A stretch of 63,995 bases of DNA, filler included, from Candidatus Babelota bacterium (GTDB lineage: Bacteria; JAGOBX01): the NCBI GenBank assembly GCA_017999075.1. It is 11 parts of 11 records of this genome, joined end to end, with 100 filler letters (N's around TTAATTAATTAA, not from the genome) between each part and the next. Parts side by side here need not be neighbours in the genome. Positions count along the whole stretch, not along the records: positions 60,134 to 63,995 come from JAGOBX010000399.1; 10 more parts are not named here. The stretch is one strand, 5' to 3'. This document shows positions 61,047 to 63,995 of this stretch, in pieces (position 1 is the stretch's first letter; every line of letters starts with the position of its first letter). The notes below the pieces were generated by a model, which saw only the letters and a list, made by a program, of their open reading frames with translations, was not told the DNA's origin and ran no database searches. A program made the translations under genes and the position numbers.

Positions 61047-61498
61047 TATAAATATTTTTTAGCAGTGTTCTTAATTTTTTTTAAAATATAATCAGGCAGA
61101 ATAACTTCTGTTTTTTTTAATTTTTCAGAAGATTCAATCTGTTGAATCATAACAGGCAGTTCATTTAAAAATTCATTTATAAGAATATGTTCAGCATAAT
61201 GGTTCTCAGCTTTTTTCAAAAGTTCATTATAAAACAAATTCAATTCGTTCACTTTACAAGATTGCAGAACTTTTTTTAAAATTATATGCAACGATAAATG
61301 CAGGAAAGGATTAGTTGATTCGGAATTTTCATAGTCAAAATCTTCATTATTGGCGCATTCATAATGGACATAATATTCGGGATGATCGTTCATTATATCA
61401 TATATAAATTCTTCGTCAGAATTAAGTACCTGAAAATGTTTTCCTTTCATCCATATTTGATAAAATTTATTTTTATATCCGGAGTTGTTGAGTGACAT
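61046..61498 (-). CDS. DUF1841 family protein
   Basis: HPEY...STNPFLHLSLH motif, H.AEH. Confidence 0.75.
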   Translation of the reverse strand: MSLNNSGYKNKFYQIWMKGKHFQVLNSDEEFIYDIMNDHPEYYVHYECANNEDFDYENSESTNPFLHLSLHIILKKVLQSCKVNELNLFYNELLKKAENHYAEHILINEFLNELPVMIQQIESSEKLKKTEVILPDYILKKIKNTAKKYL

Positions 61499-61510
61499 TA
61501 AAATTCAAAG

Positions 61511-62968
61511 TTAATCAATTTTAAAATTTACCGTTACCTGAGTGCCTTTCTGTTCATCGCTGTTAAGAATCAATTCGCCTTGAAGCAGTTCTGTATATTT
61601 TTTAACCAAACTAAGTCCTACGCCTATCCCTGAATATTTTCTCGTCATGGAACCGTCAATCTGACGGAACGGATCAAAAATAATTTTATGATATTTTTGG
61701 TTTATTCCTATTCCAGTATCTTCAATCCTAAAAGACAACTTATTCTGATTTTCCAAATATAAAAACGAAATTTTTATATAACCTGCTTCAGTAAATTTAA
61801 CAGCATTATTAATCAAATTCATAAGTATAATTTTTATTTTTTCATAATCAGAATAAAACTCGGATTCATTCAATTTTTCATCAAATTCAAATTTTATTGT
61901 TAAATTTTTATTCAAACTTATGTTATGCGTCTCAAGGCAGATTTGATCAAAAAAATATTTCAAATTTATCCGCTCAATATTATTTTTTATATTCTGGTTT
62001 TCAATTTCAGACAATTTCAGTAAATTATCTATAAGAACCATCAGCCGTTTACCTGATTTATGTATAAGATCAAGACTTTTTTTAGAATTATTATAAAATT
62101 TGACCGGCTCAAAATTATCGTTATTTATTTTTTTTGACAATAATTCTGAATAACCTAATATCGAAGTTAACGGAGTTTTCAATTCGTGCGTCACATTAGA
62201 AATAAATTCATTTTTTAAATTTAAATTTTCTTCTATAATCCTGTTTTTCATCCTCAGCTCGTCTATCATTAGTTTTACTGAAGTTATATCCATAAAAAGT
62301 TTATTAACATACAGCAAATTATTTTCATTGTCCACAACAGGAATTGTTATAATTTTAAAATAACGTTTACCTATCATAGTATCAGTTAACAATTCCATTT
62401 CTGAAATCTTATTGAATTTTGAAATATCAAAAAAAATACAGGTATTATGACAAATATTGGCCGGATCAATATTAAAGTATTCCCAGCATATTTTAGATTC
62501 AAACACCCCGAAATATTGTTTAATCGCATTATTGCAGTTTATCACTTTTTTATCGGATGAGATGGTTAAAAAACCTATTCCTACTTTATCAAGCTGTTCA
62601 TTTAATTGTTCAATCGAATCATTTACAAAAAATAAAAAAATAATCTCATTTGAACTGTAAAGAACTTTAGAATTGAATACTACATGTTTAGAACTTATTT
62701 TATTGACAAGATTATTTAAGGTTAAAGTTCCTTTTAAAGAATTATTTAATCCGGCCTGTTCTATTTTTTTCAAAACACTTTCGGAAAATATTGATTTTAA
62801 CCCTATTTCATAAATTATTTTTTTCCCTATATCAAAACTTTTTTCAAAAATTTGATTGATAAATTCAACTTTATAATCAGTATCTGTTACAATTATTCCA
62901 ACATTTAACTCTTCAAATAATAATTTACTTATGTCTTGATTTTTAAAAAATGTATTAGTCCGATTCAT
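61511..62968 (-). CDS. Cytoplasmic PAS-domain sensor histidine kinase
   Basis: Two PAS-like segments; KNEFISNVTHELKTPLTSILGY, NLINNAVKFT, DTGIGI, FDPFRQ.DGS.TRKYSG.G.GL. Confidence 0.92.
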   Translation of the reverse strand: MNRTNTFFKNQDISKLLFEELNVGIIVTDTDYKVEFINQIFEKSFDIGKKIIYEIGLKSIFSESVLKKIEQAGLNNSLKGTLTLNNLVNKISSKHVVFNSKVLYSSNEIIFLFFVNDSIEQLNEQLDKVGIGFLTISSDKKVINCNNAIKQYFGVFESKICWEYFNIDPANICHNTCIFFDISKFNKISEMELLTDTMIGKRYFKIITIPVVDNENNLLYVNKLFMDITSVKLMIDELRMKNRIIEENLNLKNEFISNVTHELKTPLTSILGYSELLSKKINNDNFEPVKFYNNSKKSLDLIHKSGKRLMVLIDNLLKLSEIENQNIKNNIERINLKYFFDQICLETHNISLNKNLTIKFEFDEKLNESEFYSDYEKIKIILMNLINNAVKFTEAGYIKISFLYLENQNKLSFRIEDTGIGINQKYHKIIFDPFRQIDGSMTRKYSGIGVGLSLVKKYTELLQGELILNSDEQKGTQVTVNFKID

Positions 62969-62978
62969 TGTCCTAAAT

Positions 62979-63995
62979 TTATTTTTGTAATGAAACTAAT
63001 TTTTCAAGTTCGTCTGCTGTAATAAGCGCATCTATCAATTCTTCAAGTTCACCGTCTATAACAGAATTCAATTTATATAAAGTTAAATTAATTCTGTGAT
63101 CAGTTACTCTGTTTTGAGGAAAATTATACGTCCTGATTCGTTCAGACCTGTCTCCTGTTCCAACCATTTTTTTTCTTTGTTCAGAAATTTGAGAACTCTG
63201 TTTTTGAATTTCAGCGTCAAGAAGCCTGGATTTTAATACTTTAATCGCCTTTGCTTTGTTTTTCAATTGGGATTTTTCGTCTTGGCAAGTTATAACCAAT
63301 CCTGTAGGCAGATGCGTCACTCTTACTGCTGAATCAGTTGTGTTAACTGATTGGCCTCCATGGCCCGAAGATCTGTAGACATCAATTTTCAAATCTTCCT
63401 GCTTGATTTCAATTTCTATATCATCAGCTTCAGGCAACACTGCTACTGTTATAGCAGAAGTATGGACTCTTCCGTTTGCTTCAGTTACAGGGACTCTCTG
63501 AACCCTATGAACTCCGCTTTCAAATTTCAATTTACTGTAAACCATTTTACCTGATATCATAAAAATTATTTCTTTATACCCGCCGACGCCTGTTATGCTG
63601 GAAGACATTATTTCTATTTTCCACTTATTAAGTTCTGCATACCTGCTGTACATTCTAAATAAATCGGAAGTAAAAATCGACGATTCATCTCCTCCGGTTC
63701 CTGCCCTTATTTCCATTATAATATTTTTTTCATCAAGAGGATCTTTAGGAATTAATAATTTTTTTATTTTTAATTCCATCTCGTCTTTAGTTATTTTCAA
63801 CAATTTTATTTCATTAAGAGCTAATTCCGCCAAATCTTTTTCATCTGATAATTTTGAAAGTTCTATATTGTCTTCAATTTCTTTTAAAACGCGTTTATAT
63901 TCTTTCCCCGCATTTACCATAGGTTCCAAATCAGACAATTCTTTTGAATACTGCTGATATATTTTCATATTTGTCATTATATCAGGCTGTGATAA
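62979..63995 (-). CDS. prfA: Peptide chain release factor 1, 5'-truncated by the window end
   Basis: [19 protein letters not shown] (PxT = RF1), [28 protein letters not shown]. Confidence 0.98.
   Translation of the reverse strand, partial: LSQPDIMTNMKIYQQYSKELSDLEPMVNAGKEYKRVLKEIEDNIELSKLSDEKDLAELALNEIKLLKITKDEMELKIKKLLIPKDPLDEKNIIMEIRAGTGGDESSIFTSDLFRMYSRYAELNKWKIEIMSSSITGVGGYKEIIFMISGKMVYSKLKFESGVHRVQRVPVTEANGRVHTSAITVAVLPEADDIEIEIKQEDLKIDVYRSSGHGGQSVNTTDSAVRVTHLPTGLVITCQDEKSQLKNKAKAIKVLKSRLLDAEIQKQSSQISEQRKKMVGTGDRSERIRTYNFPQNRVTDHRINLTLYKLNSVIDGELEELIDALITADELEKLVSLQK

Noticed and set aside
1..63995. Alternative genetic code, selenocysteine or programmed frameshifts
   Set aside because: Conserved genes end at TAA, TAG or TGA at their expected C-termini. 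I saw no internal stops or frame breaks; truncations coincide with contig edges.

Overview
This window is not contiguous genome. It is 11 contig pieces of a low-GC, probably diderm, bacterial draft assembly or MAG, joined by ten identical 100-nt artificial linkers (N44-TTAATTAATTAA-N44), so adjacency across a linker means nothing. Standard genetic code is consistent throughout. Contents by contig: (1) P-loop kinase-like gene, a 730-bp structured intergenic region, and a GH13/CBM48 amylase; (2) AsmA/YdbH-like protein and a CHASE2 histidine kinase; (3) a stand-alone rnfD with an exported nitroreductase, an FMN-binding protein and an ABC transporter; (4) pilB/gspE-pilC/gspF and mtnP-SplB-like radical SAM-phosphomutase; (5) ArsR-DUF2892-MMPL-LolA-like operon; (6) S10-spc-alpha ribosomal cluster from rpsS to rplQ lacking rpmD, two exported hypotheticals, a CBS/hemolysin protein and two MCPs, one with eight exact 39-aa HAMP-like repeats; (7) DUF512 radical SAM, DsrE-like protein, DjlA-like protein; (8) scpB, GnnA-like oxidoreductase, TPR protein, B12 radical SAM; (9) exported Ig/BNR proteins; (10) mraY-murD-ftsW-murC without murG; (11) prfA, PAS kinase, DUF1841, gspK. 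I recognised no CRISPR array, mobile element, tRNA or rRNA. The best novelty candidates are the orphan RnfD redox module, an orphan consensus promoter upstream of a rod-like RNA structure, and the 39-aa poly-HAMP chemoreceptor. All family calls come from motif recognition by eye, not from database searches.
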